A DNA stretch of 64,000 nt, from positions 429,226,001 through 429,290,000 of the forward strand of contig OZ024740.1 of NCBI GenBank assembly GCA_964016885.1, in the 5' to 3' direction. The DNA is from Eledone cirrhosa (Eukaryota). Shown one piece after another: positions 1 to 14,700 of the stretch. The position numbers and the translations under genes are program-made. Under the pieces are notes generated by a model, which saw only the letters and a list, made by a program, of their open reading frames with translations, was not told the origin of the DNA and made no database searches. Every line of letters starts with the position of its first letter. The first letter of the stretch is position 1.

Positions 1-399
1 TGGGTTAGGATAAAACTATGGCCCTCGTATTGCTGGGAGACCAAAGAAGCGGTTCAAATACCAGCTGATGACCTCTTTAAAGAGGAGTAACATAAACCCT
101 TCGAGAGTTAGGGAGGTGGAGAAGTATCGCTACCAATCGTCCACTTTAACCTGCTCACTGCTGGTGTAGGATTGAAGGTAGATATAAGAGTCAGGACAAA
201 ATACCTTCAGATGTTTAATTATGCCTCTATACGTAGCATTCAAATGCAACTGAGGCTTGAATTTATATTTTCATCTCTCGCGTGTAGGTGTCAGTTGTTG
301 TATAACCGCGGCCATGTCCAACTGACTTGTCCCTTGATAACATTATAAAATCATCTGTGCAATCGTCCAGCACTGTAAGTTCAATTATCGCATAAAAGC

Positions 400-670
400 T
401 CTCACTTACTTTAAAAAATATCTTCACGCACAGGCATCGCACGATAGAATTACTTAATAATTATTAATAATTGTTTCTACTTTTGGCAAAAGGCCAGCAA
501 TTACCCAGTTCATTACTGGTACTTTATTTTATCGATCCCGTAAGGATGAAAGGCAAAGTTAACCTCGACGGGATTTGAACTCAGACCGTAAAGGGACGTA
601 ACTATGCTGGAAAGCATGGCGTCCGACCCTCTACCGATACTACCAATCGTGCAATGGCCATACTCGATGT
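400..670 (+). mobile_element. Fragment of composite non-autonomous RTE derivative carrying an antisense SINE
   Basis: Colinear with 54420-54705: ACTTTAAAAAATATCTTCACGCACA..., same SINE junction, then ATCGTGCAATGGCCATACTCGATG matching the RTE 3' tail near 26776. Confidence 0.7.
468..649 (-). mobile_element. tRNA-derived SINE, family A
   Basis: Minus strand: A-box-like TGGTAGTATCGG, B-box GAGTTCAAATCC, body GCCTTTCATCCTTACGGG-TCGATAAAATAAAGTACCAG, tail GCCAAAAGTAGAAACAATT. About 9 copies in the window. Confidence 0.85.
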
Positions 671-739
671 ATGGTCCCGTATCTCCCGAGGAAGTCGTAC
701 GAGGCACAATGTTGACATACAGCGATCCTGGAGCAATAT

Positions 740-862
740 TTAAAACCTGGTGGAGCCCATCTCTTCTCCAGGTCTGAATACAACAGATTCCTTCCAGAGA
801 AAGACAGAGTGGGAGAACTGGGGTGAGAAAGAGATAGAGGGAGAATCGACTCCAGTAATATT
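740..862 (-). mobile_element. 3' tail fragment of SINE family B
   Basis: AAAACCTGGTGGAGCCCATCTC..CCAGGTCTGAATACA.CAGATT also occurs near 19370 and, reverse-complemented, at 2590-2640 and 53475-53535. Confidence 0.7.
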
Positions 863-1127
863 CTGTAATCAATTCAATTGAAGATAACCCCCATCAAAAC
901 ATTTCGACGATCAATTGGCAGAGTCCTTACTGAGCACGCTAAATACCATATAATACTTGTTACACCCCTATGTACTTTGAGTTAGAATCCTGCGAATGTC
1001 AACTTTGTCGTTCATTCTTTCGGGGTTGATAAAATACCAGTGAGGGTGGTGGAATTATTAGCGTGTAGGGTGCGATGTCTTACAGTATTTGTTTTAACTT
1101 TTTACGTTCTAAGTTTTTGTGTGGTAA

Positions 1128-1530
1128 TAATCCGTCACCTGCTTTCACCTCACTAATTGGTTCTTGGTTGTCTTTGGTGAACCTCACTCTCTTGTAATCC
1201 GTCACCTGCTTTCACCTCACTGCTTGGTTCTTGGTTGTCTTTGGTGAACCTCACTCTCTTGTAATCCGTCACCTGCTTTCACCTCACTGCTTGGTTCTTG
1301 GTTGTCTTTGGTGAACCTCACTCTCTTGTAATCCGTCACCTAGTTTCACCTCACTGCTTGGTTCTTGGTTGTCTTTGGTGAACCTCACTCTCTTGTAATC
1401 CGTCACCTGCTTTCACCTCACTGCTTGGTTCTTGGTTGTCTTTGGTGAACCTCACTCTCTTGTAATCCGTCACCTGCTTTCACCTCACTGCTTGGTTCTT
1501 GGTTGTCTTTGGTGAACCTCACTCTGTTGT
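1128..1530. repeat. 67-bp minisatellite, 6 copies
   Basis: Unit TAATCCGTCACCTGCTTTCACCTCACTGCTTGGTTCTTGGTTGTCTTTGGTGAACCTCACTCTCTTG starts at 1128, 1195, 1262, 1329, 1396, 1463. Confidence 0.97.
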
Positions 1531-2374
1531 AAGTAGGTTTTATCTCTAAATATAACTTCCTCCCTTCCTCCCACCAGTCACGGAAGCCCTCCTCTTCCTG
1601 AATAAATGGTAAAGAAAACTTTTTTTGTTTCTACATGATGCTCATGCGGTTAATTATTGATATATAGAAGACGCTCTTGTAATAATCCATGGATGAATAT
1701 CGTTTAATGGAATCTACATTTCTAATGCATCAGTAATAGCTTTAATCCTGTAAGTTCCAAACTATATTGAATCATACAAATATCAAAAAGATGTGATGGT
1801 AACCCAAAGGACAATGGATTGGTGAAATTAACCCGACAAAGTCCAACTCTAAACAACATAAGTAAATTGAAGCCCAACACAGCAGACTGACAAAATATCT
1901 ACAGAATGACTGAGAGAGTAGATACCAAGGGGCGCCTACTGTATAAAATATAAATAGTAAAGTGAAAACTCATTATATTTAATGGTGTGAGACAAGAAAT
2001 GTTGCTGAATTAAAACTAATAGTTTACATGACAGTCATTCTCTGTGGTCATTCAGAATATCGTGTATGATTGTCGAGAAAAAAATCAGAATATGCTTCAT
2101 TGATGTAGTGTAATATAACCAAAACAACATGGGTTGTCACCGCACTAACAAAGATAAGATCAAACCCACTCACTATTATATTCTGATTTTTAATTAATCT
2201 TAATTTAACTTGTGTTCGTTGTCTCCCCTGACTCCATTGGCCAGAGTTGGTCATTAAGATAATTATTGGTTCACTATCAATGTAATTCTAATTTCTTGCT
2301 TCACTACATTATGTAGTGAATCACACTTACAGTATTGGCGCTGTTTATTTTATTGTGGTTTACAATCACATATA

Positions 2375-2642
2375 GTGGCGAATTGACAGAGTCGTTAGAA
2401 CGTCTATAGAAAGCTTTGTGGTATTTGTTCCGGCTTTCAACTCTCTGAGTTCAAATCCCACCGAGGTCAACTTTGCCTTTTATCCATTCGAAGTCGATAA
2501 AAAAAGTATCAGTCTAGTACTGGGGTCGCTTCTTCCTCTATATCTCTTTCTCTCTTCCATTCTCTCTCACTCTATCTATCCTTTTCTGGAAGAAATCTGC
2601 TGTATTCAGACCTGGAGAGATGGACTCCGCCAGGTTTTAAAA
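2375..2642 (+). mobile_element. tRNA-derived SINE, family B (body like family A, different 3' tail)
   Basis: GGCGAATTGACAGAGTCGTTAG head, GAGTTCAAATCC B-box, CTTTGCCTTTTATCCATTCGAAGTCGATAAAA body, CT-rich linker and CAGACCTGGAGAGATGG..CCAGGTTTTAAAA tail. Confidence 0.8.
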
Positions 2643-2784
2643 ACTCCCAAGAAACATACCACGTCAATATGGCGCCCCAACGCCTCCCTCTGGAGTTTTG
2701 GGACCATGCATCAATTACAAACACATATAAGTTATTTACAAACAAGTGAACCCATCCATTTGAAATATGTGTGTATGGTAATAG

Positions 2785-5700
2785 ACACAATGTACCGTTA
2801 GTAATGGGACACGACCCTGCTTCCTGTCGACAGTGTTACACTGTAACTAGACACCATGTACTGTTAGTAATGGGGTGAGCCTGCTTCCAGTCGACAGTGT
2901 TACACTGTAACTAAACACCATGTACCGTTAGTAATGGGACACGACCCTGCTTCCTGTCGACAGTGTTACACTGTAACTAGACACCATGCACCGTTAGTAA
3001 TGGGACACGACCCTGCTTCCTGTCGACAGTGTTACACTGTAACTAGACACCATGTACCGTTAGTAATGGGACACGACCCTGCTTCCTGTCGACAGTGTTA
3101 CACTGTAACTAGACACCATGTACTGTTAGTAATGGGGTGAGCCTGCTTCCTGTTGACAGTGTTACACTGTAACTAAACACCATGTACCGTTAGTAATGGG
3201 ACACGACCATGCTTCCTGTCGACAGTGTTACACTGTAACTAGACACCATGCACCGTTAGTAATGGGACACGACCCTGCTTCCTGTCGACAGTGTTACACT
3301 GTAACTAGACACCATGTACCGTTAGTAATGGGGGTGAGCCTGCATCCTGTCGACAGTGTTACACTGTAACTAGACACTATGTACCGTTAGTAATGGGACA
3401 CGACCCTGCTTCCTGTCGACAGTGTTACACTGTAACTAGACACCATGTACCGTTAGTAATGGGGTGGGCCTGCTTCCTGTCGACAGTGTTACACTGTACC
3501 TAGACACCATGTACCGTTAGTAATGGGACACGACCCTGCTTCCTGTCGACAGTGTTACAATGTAACTAGACACCATGTACCGTTAGTAATGGGACACGAC
3601 CTTGCTTCCTGTCGACAGTGTTACACTGTAACTAGACACCATGCACCGTTAGTAATGGGACACGAGCCTGCTTCCTGTCGACAGTGTTACACTGTAACTA
3701 GACACCATGTACCGTTTGTAATGGGACACCAGCCTGCTACCTGTCAACAGTGTTACACTGTAACTAGACACCTTGCACCGTTAGTAATGGGACACGACCC
3801 TGCTTCCTGTCGACAGTGTTACACTGTAACTAGACACCATGCACCGTTAGTAATGGGACACAACCCTGCTTCCTGTCGACAGTGTTACACTGTAACTAGA
3901 CACCATGTACCGTTAGTAATGGGACACGACCCTGCTTCCTGTCGACAGTGTTACACTGTAACTAAACACCATGTACCGTTATTAATGGGACACGTGCTTG
4001 CTTCCTGTCGACAGTGTTACACTGTAATTAGACACCATGTACCGTTAGTAATGGGACTCGGCCCTGCTTCCTATCGACAGTGTTACACTGTAACTAGACA
4101 CCATGTATCGTTAGTAATGGGGTGAGCCTGCTTCCTGTTGACAGTGTTACACTGTAACTAGACACAATGCACCGTTAGTAATGGGACACGAGCCTGCTTC
4201 CTGTCGACAGTGTTACAATGTAACTAGACACCATGTACCGTTAGTAATGGGACACGACCTTGCTTCCTGTCGACAGTGTTACACTGTAACTAGACACCAT
4301 GCACCGTTAGTAATGGGACACGAGCCTGCTTCCTGTCGACAGTGTTACACTGTAACTAGACACCATGTACCGTTAGTAATGGGACACCAGCCTGCTACCT
4401 GTCAACAGTGTTACACTGTAACTAGACACCTTGCACCGTTAGTAATGGGACACGAGCCTGCTTCCTGTCGACAGTGTTACACTGTAACTAGACACCATGC
4501 ACCGTTAGTAATGGGACACAACCCTGCTTCCTGTCGACAGTGTTACACTGTAACTAGACACCATGTACCGTTAGTAATGGGACACGACCCTGCTTCCTGT
4601 CGACAGTGTTACACTGTAACTAAACACCATGTACCGTTATTAATGGGACACGTGCTTGCTTCCTGTCGACAGTGTTACACTGTAATTAGACACCATGTAC
4701 CGTTAGTAATGGGACTCGGCCCTGCTTCCTATCGACAGTGTTACACTGTAACTAGACACCATGTATCGTTAGTAATGGGGTGAGCCTGCTTCCTGTTGAC
4801 AGTGTTACACTGTAACTAGACACAATGCACCGTTAGTAATGGGACACGAGCCTGCTTCCTGTCGACAGTGTTACACTGTAACAAGACACCATGTACCGTT
4901 ATTAATGGGGCATGAGCCTGCTTCCTGTTGACAGTGTTACACTGTAACTAGATACCATGTATCGTTAGTAATCGGACACGAGCCTGCTTCCTGTCGACAG
5001 TGTTACATTGTAACTAGACACCATGTACCGTTAGTAATGGGACACCAGCCTGCTTCCTGTCGACAGTGTTACACTGTAACTAGACACCATGTACCGTTAG
5101 TAATCGGACACGAGCCTGCTTCCTGTCGACAGTGTTACATTGTAACTAGACACCATGTACCGTTAGTAATGGGACACCAGCCTGCTTCCTGTCGACAGTC
5201 TTACACTGTAACTAGACACCATGTACCGTTAGTAATGGGGTGAACCTGCTTCCTGTCGACAGTGTTACACTGTAACTAGACACAATGCACCGTTAGTAAT
5301 GGGACACGACCCTGCTTCCTGTCGACAGTGTTACACCGTAACTAGACACCATGTAGAGTTTGTATTGGGATACGACCCTGCTTCCTGTCGACACTGTTAC
5401 ACTGTAACTAGACACCATGTACCGTTAGTAATGGGACACGACCCTGCTTCCTGTCGACACTGTTACACTGTAACTAGACACCATGTACCGTTAGTAATGG
5501 GACACGACCTGCTTCCTGTCGACAGTGTTACACTGTAACTAGACACCATGTACTGTTAGTAATGGGGTGAGCCTGCTTCCTGTTGACAGTGTTACACTGT
5601 AACTAAACACCATGTACCGTTAGTAATGGGACACGACCCTGCTTCCTGTCGACAGTGTTACACTGCAACTAGACACCATGTACCGTTAGTAATGGGGGTG

Positions 5701-8700
5701 AGCCTGCATCCTGTCGACAGTGTTACACTGTAACTAGACACTATGTACCGTTAGTAATGGGACACGACCCTGCTTCCTGTCGACAGTGTTACACTGTAAC
5801 TAGACACCATGTACCGTTAGTAATGGGGTGGGCCTGCTTCCTGTCGACAGTGTTAGACTGTACCTAGACACCATGTATGGTTAGTAATGGGACACGACCC
5901 TGCTTCCTGTCGACAGTGTTACAATGTAACTAGACACCATGTACCGTTAGTAATGGGACACGACCTTGCTTCCTGTCGACAGTGTTACACTGTAACTAGA
6001 CACCATGCACCGTTAGTAATGGGACACGAGCCTGCTTCCTGTCGACAGTGTTACACTGTAACTAGACACCATGTACCGTTAGTAATGGGACACCAGCCTG
6101 CTACCTGTCAACAGTGTTACACTGTAACTAGACACCTTGCACCGTTAGTAATGGGACACGAGCCTGCTTCCTGTCGACAGTGTTACACTGTAACTAGACA
6201 CCATGCACCGTTAGTAATGGGACACAACCCTGCTTCCTGTCGACAGTGTTACACTGTAACTAGACACCATGTACCGTTAGTAATGGGGTGAGCCTGCTTC
6301 CTGTTGACAGTGTTACACTGTAACTAAACACCATGTACCGTTATTAATGGGACACGTGCTTGCTTCCTGTCGACAGTGTTACACTGTAACTAGACACCAT
6401 GTATCGTTAGTAATGGGGTGAGCCTGCTTCCTGTTGACAGTGTTACACTGTAACTAGACACAATGCACCGTTAGTAATGGGACACGAGCCTGCTTCCTGT
6501 CGACAGTGTTACACTGTAACAAGACACCATGTACCGTTATTAATGGGGCATGAGCCTGCTTCCTGTTGACAGTGTTACACTGTAACTAGATACCATGTAC
6601 CGTTAGTAATCGGACACGAGCCTGCTTCCTGTCGACAGTGTTACATTGTAACTAGACACCATGTACCGTTAGTAATGGGACACCAGCCTGCTTCCTGTCG
6701 ACAGTGTTACACTGTAACTAGACACCATGTACCGTTAGTAATCGGACACGAGCCTGCTTCCTGTCGACAGTGTTACATTGTAACTAGACACCATGTACCG
6801 TTAGTAATGGGACACCAGCCTGCTTCCTGTCGACAGTCTTACACTGTAACTAGACACCATGTACCGTTAGTAATGGGGTGAACCTGCTTCCTGTCGACAG
6901 TGTTACACTGTAACTAGACACAATGCACCGTTAGTAATGGGACACGACCCTGCTTCCTGTCGACAGTGTTACACTGTAACTAGACACCATGTACCGTTAG
7001 TAATGGGATACGACCCTGCTTCCTGTCGACACTGTTACACTGTAACTAGACACCATGTACCGTTAGTAATGGGACACGACCCTGCTTCCTGTCGACAGTG
7101 TTACACTGTAACTAGACACCATGTACCGTTAGTAATGGGGTGAGCCTGCTTCCTGTCGACAGTGTTACACTGTAACTAAACACCATGTACCGTTAGTAAT
7201 GGGGTTAGCCCGCTTCCTGTTGACAGTGTTTCACTGTAACTAGACACCATGTACCGTTAGTAATGGGACACGACTATGCTTCATGTCGACAGTGTTACAC
7301 AGTAACTAGACACCATGTACCGTTGGTAATGCGACACGAGCGTGCTTCCTGTCGACAGTGTTACACTGTAACTAGACACCATGTACCGTTAGTAATGGGG
7401 TGAGCCTGCTTCCTGTCGACAGTGTTACACTGTAACTAAACACCATGTACCGTTAGTAATGGGGTTAGCCCGCTTCCTGTTGACAGTGTTTCACTGTAAC
7501 TAGACACCATGTACCGTTAGTAATGGGACACGACTCTGCTTCATGTCGACAGTGTTACACAGTAACTAGACACCATGTACCGTTGGTAATGCGACACGAG
7601 CGTGCTTCCTGTCGACAGTGTTACACTGTAACTAGACACCATGTACCGTTAGTAATGGGACACCAGCCTGCTTCCTGTCGACAGTGTTACACTGTAACTA
7701 AACACCATGTACCGTTAGTAATGGGGTGAGCCTGCTTCCTGTTGACAGTGTTACACTGTAACTAAACATCATGTACCATTAGTATGGGACACGACCCTGC
7801 TTCCTGTCGACAGTGTTACACTGTAACTAGACACCATGTACCGTTAGTAATGGGGTGAGCCTGCTTCCTGTCGACAGTGTTACACTGTAACTAAACACCA
7901 TGTACCGTTAGTAATGGGACACGACCCTGCTTCCTGTCGACAGTGTTACACTGTAACTAGACACCATGTACTGTTAGTAATGGGGTGAGCCTGCTTCCTG
8001 TCGACAGTGTTACACTGTAACTAGACACCATGTACCGTTAGTAATGGGACTCGACCCTGCTTCCTGTCGACAGTGTTACACTGTAACTAGACACCATGTA
8101 CCGTTAGTAATGGGACACCAGCCTGCTACCTGTCGACAGTGTTACACTGTAACTAGACACCTTGCACCGTTAGTAATGGGACACGAGCCTGCTTCCTGTC
8201 GACAGTGTTACACTGTAACTAGACACCATGCACCGTTAGTAATGGGACACAACCCTGCTTCCTGTCGACAGTGTTACACTGTAACTAGACACCATGTACT
8301 GTTAGTAATGGGACACGACCCTGCTTCCTGTCGACAGTGTTACACTGTAACTAGACACTATGTATCGTTAGTAATGGGGTGAGCCTGCTTCCTGTTGACA
8401 GTGTTACACTGTAACTAGACACAATGCACCGTTAGTAATGGGACACGAGCCTGCTTCCTGTCGACAGTGTTACACTGTAACAAGACACCATGTACCGTTA
8501 GTAATGGGACACCAGCCTGCTTCCTGTCGACAGTGTTACACTGTAACTAGACACCATGTACCGTTAGTAATCGGACACGAGCCTGCTTCCTGTCGACAGT
8601 GTTACATTGTAACTAGGCACCATGTACCGTTAGTAATGGGACACCAGCCTGCTCCCTGTCGACAGTCTTACACTGTAACTAGACACCATGTACCGTTAGT

Positions 8701-11700
8701 AATGGGGTGAACCTGCTTCCTGTCGACAGTGTTACACTGTAACTAGACACAATGCACCGTTAGTAATGGGACACGACCCTGCTTCCTGTCGACAGTGTTA
8801 CACTGTAACTAGACACCATGTACCGTTAGTAATGGGATACGACCCTGCTTCCTGTCGACACTGTTACACTGTAACTAGACACCATGTACCGTTAGTAATG
8901 GGACACGACCCTGCTTCCTGTCGACAGTGTTACACTGTAACTAGACACCATGTACCGTTAGTAATGGGGTGAGCCTGCTTCCTGTCGACAGTGTTACACT
9001 GTAACTAAACACCATGTACCGTTAGTAATGGGGTTAGCCCGCTTCCTGTTGACAGTGTTTCACTGTAACTAGACACCATGTACCGTTAGTAATGGGACAC
9101 GACTCTGCTTCATGTCGACAGTGTTACACAGTAACTAGACACCATGTACCGTTGGTAATGCGACACGAGCGTGCTTCCTGTCGACAGTGTTACTCTGTAA
9201 CTAGACACCATGTACCGTTAGTAATGGGACACCAGCCTGCTTCCTGTCGACAGTGTTACACTGTAACTAAACACCATGTACCGTTAGTAATGGGGTGAGC
9301 CTGCTTCCTGTTGACAGTGTTACACTGTAACTAAACATCATGTACCATTAGTATGGGACACGACCCTGCTTCCTGTCGACAGTGTTACACTGTAACTAGA
9401 CACCATGTACCGTTAGTAATGGGGTGAGCCTGCTTCCTGTCGACAGTGTTACACTGTAACTAAACACCATGTACCGTTAGTAATGGGACACGACCCTGCT
9501 TCCTGTCGACAGTGTTACACTGTAACTAGACACCATGTACTGTTAGTAATGGGGTGAGCCTGCTTCCTGTCGACAGTGTTACACTGTAACTAGACACCAT
9601 GTACCGTTAGTAATGGGACTCGACCCTGCTTCCTGTCGACAGTGTTACACTGTAACTAGACACCATGTACCGTTAGTAATGGGACACCAGCCTGCTACCT
9701 GTCGACAGTGTTACACTGTAACTAGACACCTTGCACCGTTAGTAATGGGACACGAGCCTGCTTCCTGTCGACAGTGTTACACTGTAACTAGACACCATGC
9801 ACCGTTAGTAATGGGACACAACCCTGCTTCCTGTCGACAGTGTTACACTGTAACTAGACACCATGTACTGTTAGTAATGGGACACGACCCTGCTTCCTGT
9901 CGACAGTGTCACACTGTAACTAAACACCATGTACCGTTATTAATGGGACACGTGCTTGCTTCCTGTCGACAGTGTTACACTGTAACTAGACACCATGTAC
10001 CGTTAGTAATGGGACTCGGCCCTGCTTCCTGTCGACAGTGTTACACTGTAACTAGACACCATGTATCGTTAGTAATGGGGTGAGCCTGCTTCCTGTTGAC
10101 AGTGTTACACTGTAACTAGACACAATGCACCGTTAGTAATGGGACACGAGCCTGCTTCCTCTCGACAGTGTTACACTGTAACAAGACACCATGTACCGTT
10201 ATTAATGGGGCATGAGCCTGCTTCCTGTTGACAGTGTTACACTGTAACTAGATACCATGTACCGTTAGTAATGGGACACGAGCCTGCTTCCTGTCGACAG
10301 TGTTACATTGTAACTAGACACCATGTACCGTTAGTAATGGGACACCAGCCTGCTTCCTGTCGACAGTGTTACACTGTAACTAGACACCATGTACCGTTAG
10401 TAATCGGACACGAGCCTGCTTCCTGTCGACAGTGTTACATTGTAACTAGACACCATGTACCGTTAGTAATGGGACACCAGCCTGCTTCCTGTCGACAGTG
10501 TTACACTGTAACTAGACACCATGTACCGTTAGTAATCGGACACGAGCCTGCTTCCTGTCGACAGTGTTACATTGTAACTAGACACCATGTACCGTTAGTA
10601 ATCGGACACGAGCCTGCTTCCTGTCGACAGTGTTACATTGTAACTAGACACCATGTACCGTTAGTAATGGGACACCAGCCTGCTTCCTGTCGACAGTCTT
10701 ACACTGTAACTAGACACCATGTATCGTTAGTAATGGGGTGAACCTGCTTCCTGTCGACAGTGTTACACTGTAACTAGACACAATGCACCGTTAGTAATGG
10801 GACACGACCCTGCTTCCTGTCGACAGTGTTACACTGTAACTAGACACCTTGTACCGTTAGTAATGGGACACCAGCCTGCTTCCTGTCGACAGTGTTACAC
10901 TGTAACTAGACACCATGTACCGTTAGTAATGGGACACGACCCTGCTTCCTGTCGACAGTGTTACACTGTAACTAGACACCATGTACCGTTAGTAATGGGA
11001 CACCAGCCTGCTTCCTGTCGACAGTGTTACACTGTAACTAGACACCTTGTACCGTTAGTAATGGGGTGAACCTGCTTCCTGTCGACAGTGTTACACTGTA
11101 ACTAGACACCTTGCACCGTTAGTAATGGGACACCAGCCTGCTTCCTGTCGACAGTGTTACACTGTAACTAGACACAATGCACCGTTAGTAATGGGACACC
11201 AGCCTGCTTCCTGTCGACAGTGATACACTGTAACTAAACACCATGTACCGTTAGTAATGGGGTGAGCCTGCTTCCTGTTGACAGTTTTACACTGTAACTA
11301 AACACCATGTACCATTAGTAATGGGACACGACCCTGCTTCCTGTCGACAGTGTTACACTGTAACTAGACACCATGTACCGTTAGTAATGGGACATCAGCC
11401 TGCTTCCTGTCGACAGTGTTACACTGTAACTAAACACCATGTACCGTTAGTAATGGGGTGAGCCCGCTTCCTGTTGACAGTGTTTCACTGTAACTAGACA
11501 CCATGTACCGTTAGTAATGGGACACGACTCTGCTTCATGTCGACAGTGTTACACAGTAACTAGACACCATGTACCGTTGGTAATGCGACACGAGCGTGCT
11601 TCCTGTCGACAGTGTTACACTGTAACTAGACACCATGTACCGTTAGTAATGGGACACCAGCCTGCTTCCTGTCGACAGTGTTACACTGTAACTAAACACC

Positions 11701-14700
11701 ATGTACCGTTAGTAATGGGGTGAGCCTGCTTCCTGTTGACAGTGTTACACTGTAACTAAACATCATGTACCATTAGTATGGGACACGACCCTGCTTCCTG
11801 TCGACAGTGTTACACTGTAACTAGACACCATGTACCGTTAGTAATGGGGTGAGCCTGCTTCCTGTCGACAGTGTTACACTGTAACTAAACACCATGTACC
11901 GTTAGTAATGGGACACGACCCTGCTTCCTGTCGACAGTGTTACACTGTAACTAGACACCATGTACTGTTAGTAATGGGGTGAGCCTGCTTCCTGTCGACA
12001 GTGTTACACTGTAACTAGACACCATGTACCGTTAGTAATGGGACACCAGCCTGCTACCTGTCGACAGTGTTACACTGTAACTAGACACCTTGCACCGTTA
12101 GTAATGGGACACGAGCCTGCTTCCTGTCGACAGTGTTACACTGTAACTAGACACCATGCACCGTTAGTAATGAAACACAACCCTGCATCCTGTCGACAGT
12201 GTTACACTGTAACTAGACACCATGTACTGTTAGTAATGGGACACGACCCTGCTTCCTGTCGACAGTGTTACACTGTAACTAAACACCATGTACCGTTATT
12301 AATGGGACACGTGCTTGCTTCCTGTCGACAGTGTTACACTGTAACTAGACACCATGTACCGTTAGTAATGGGACTCGGCCCTGCTTCCTGTCGACAGTGT
12401 TACACTGTAACTAGACACCATGTATCGTTAGTAATGGGGTGAGCCTGCTTCCTGTTGACAGTGTTACACTGTAACTAGACACAATGCACCGTTAGTAATG
12501 GGACACGAGCCTGCTTCCTCTCGACAGTGTTACACTGTAACAAGACACCATGTACCGTTATTAATGGGGCATGAGCCTGCTTCCTGTTGACAGTGTTACA
12601 CTGTAACTAGATACCATGTACCGTTAGTAATGGGACACGAGCCTGCTTCCTGTCGACAGTGTTACATTGTAAGTAGACACCATGTACCGTTAGTAATCGG
12701 ACACGAGCCTGCTTCCTGTCGACAGTGTTACATTGTAACTAGACACCATGTACCGTTAGTAATCGGACACGAGCCTGCTTCCTGTCGACAGTGTTACATT
12801 GTAACTAGACACCATGTACCGTTAGTAATGGGACACCAGCCTGCTTCCTGTCGACAGTGTTACACTGTAACTAGACACCATGTACCGTTAGTAATGGGGT
12901 GAACCTGCTTCCTGTCGACAGTGTTACACTGTAACTAGACACAATGCACCGTTAGTAATGGGACACCAGCCTGCTTCCTGTCGACAGTGTTACACTGTAA
13001 CTAGACACCTTGTACCGTTAGTAATGGGGTGAACCTGCTTCCTGTCGACAGTGTTACACTGTAACTAGACACCATGTACCGTTAGTAATGGGACACCAGC
13101 CTGCTTCCTGTCGACAGTGTTACACTGTAACTAGACACAATGCACCGTTAGTAATGGGACACCAGCCTGCTTCCTGTCGACAGTGTTACACTGTAACTAG
13201 ACACCTTGTACCGTTAGTAATGGGGTGAACCTGCTTCCTGTCGACAGTGTTACACTGTAACTAGACACCATGTACCGTTAGTAATGGGACACCAGCCTGC
13301 TTCCTTTCGACAGTGTTACACTGTAACTAGACACAATGCACCGTTAGTAATGGGACACCAGCCTGCTTCCTGTCGACAGTGATACACTGTAACTAAACAC
13401 CATGTACCGTTAGTAATGGGGTGAGCCTGCTTCCTGTTGACAGTTTTACACTGTAACTAAACACCATGTACCATTAGTAATGGGACACGACCCTGCTTCC
13501 TGTCGACAGTGTTACACTGTAACTAGACACCATGTACCGTTAGTAATGGGACATCAGCCTGCTTCCTGTCGACAGTGTTACACTGTAACTAAACACCATG
13601 TACCGTTAGTAATGGGGTGAGCCTGCTTCCTGTTGACAGTGTTACACTGTAACTAAACATCATGTACCATTAGTATGGGACACGACCCTGCTTCCTGTCG
13701 ACAGTGTTACACTGTAACTAGACACCATGTACCGTTAGTAATGGGGTGAGCCTGCTTCCTGTCGACAGTGTTACACTGTAACTAAACACCATGTACCGTT
13801 AGTAATGGGACACGACCCTGCTTCCTGTCGACAGTGTTACACTGTAACTAGACACCATGTACTGTTAGTAATGGGGTGAGCCTGCTTCCTGTCGACAGTG
13901 TTACACTGTAACTAGACACCATGTACCGTTAGTAATGGGACTCGACCCTGCTTCCTGTCGACAGTGTTACACTGTAACTAGACACCATGTACCGTTAGTA
14001 ATGGGACACCAGCCTGCTACCTGTCGACAGTGTTACACTGTAACTAGACACCTTGCACCGTTAGTAATGGGACACGAGCCTGCTTCCTGTCGACAGTGTT
14101 ACACTGTAACTAGACACCATGCACCGTTAGTAATGGGACACAACCCTGCTTCCTGTCGACAGTGTTACACTGTAACTAGACACCATGTACTGTTAGTAAT
14201 GGGACACGACCCTGCTTCCTGTCGACAGTGTTACACTGTAACTAAACACCATGTACCGTTATTAATGGGACACGTGCTTGCTTCCTGTCGACAGTGTTAC
14301 ACTGTAACTAGACACCATGTACCGTTAGTAATGGGACTCGGCCCTGCTTCCTGTCGACAGTGTTACACTGTAACTAGACACCATGTATCGTTAGTAATGG
14401 GGTGAGCCTGCTTCCTGTTGACAGTGTTACACTGTAACTAGACACAATGCACCGTTAGTAATGGGACACGAGCCTGCTTCCTCTCGACAGTGTTACACTG
14501 TAACAAGACACCATGTACCGTTATTAATGGGGCATGAGCCTGCTTCCTGTTGACAGTGTTACACTGTAACTAGATACCATGTACCGTTAGTAATGGGACA
14601 CGAGCCTGCTTCCTGTCGACAGTGTTACATTGTAACTAGACACCATGTACCGTTAGTAATGGGACACCAGCCTGCTTCCTGTTGACAGTGTTACACTGTA

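Noticed and set aside
61-95. Hammerhead-like CTGATGA-CCTCT-ttaa-AGAGG-aGTAAC
   Set aside because: GAAA is absent (GTAA) and no convincing stems I and III could be built.
2048-2254. 68-aa ORF with a hydrophobic stretch
   Set aside because: Non-ATG start, no recognisable family, and a length expected by chance.
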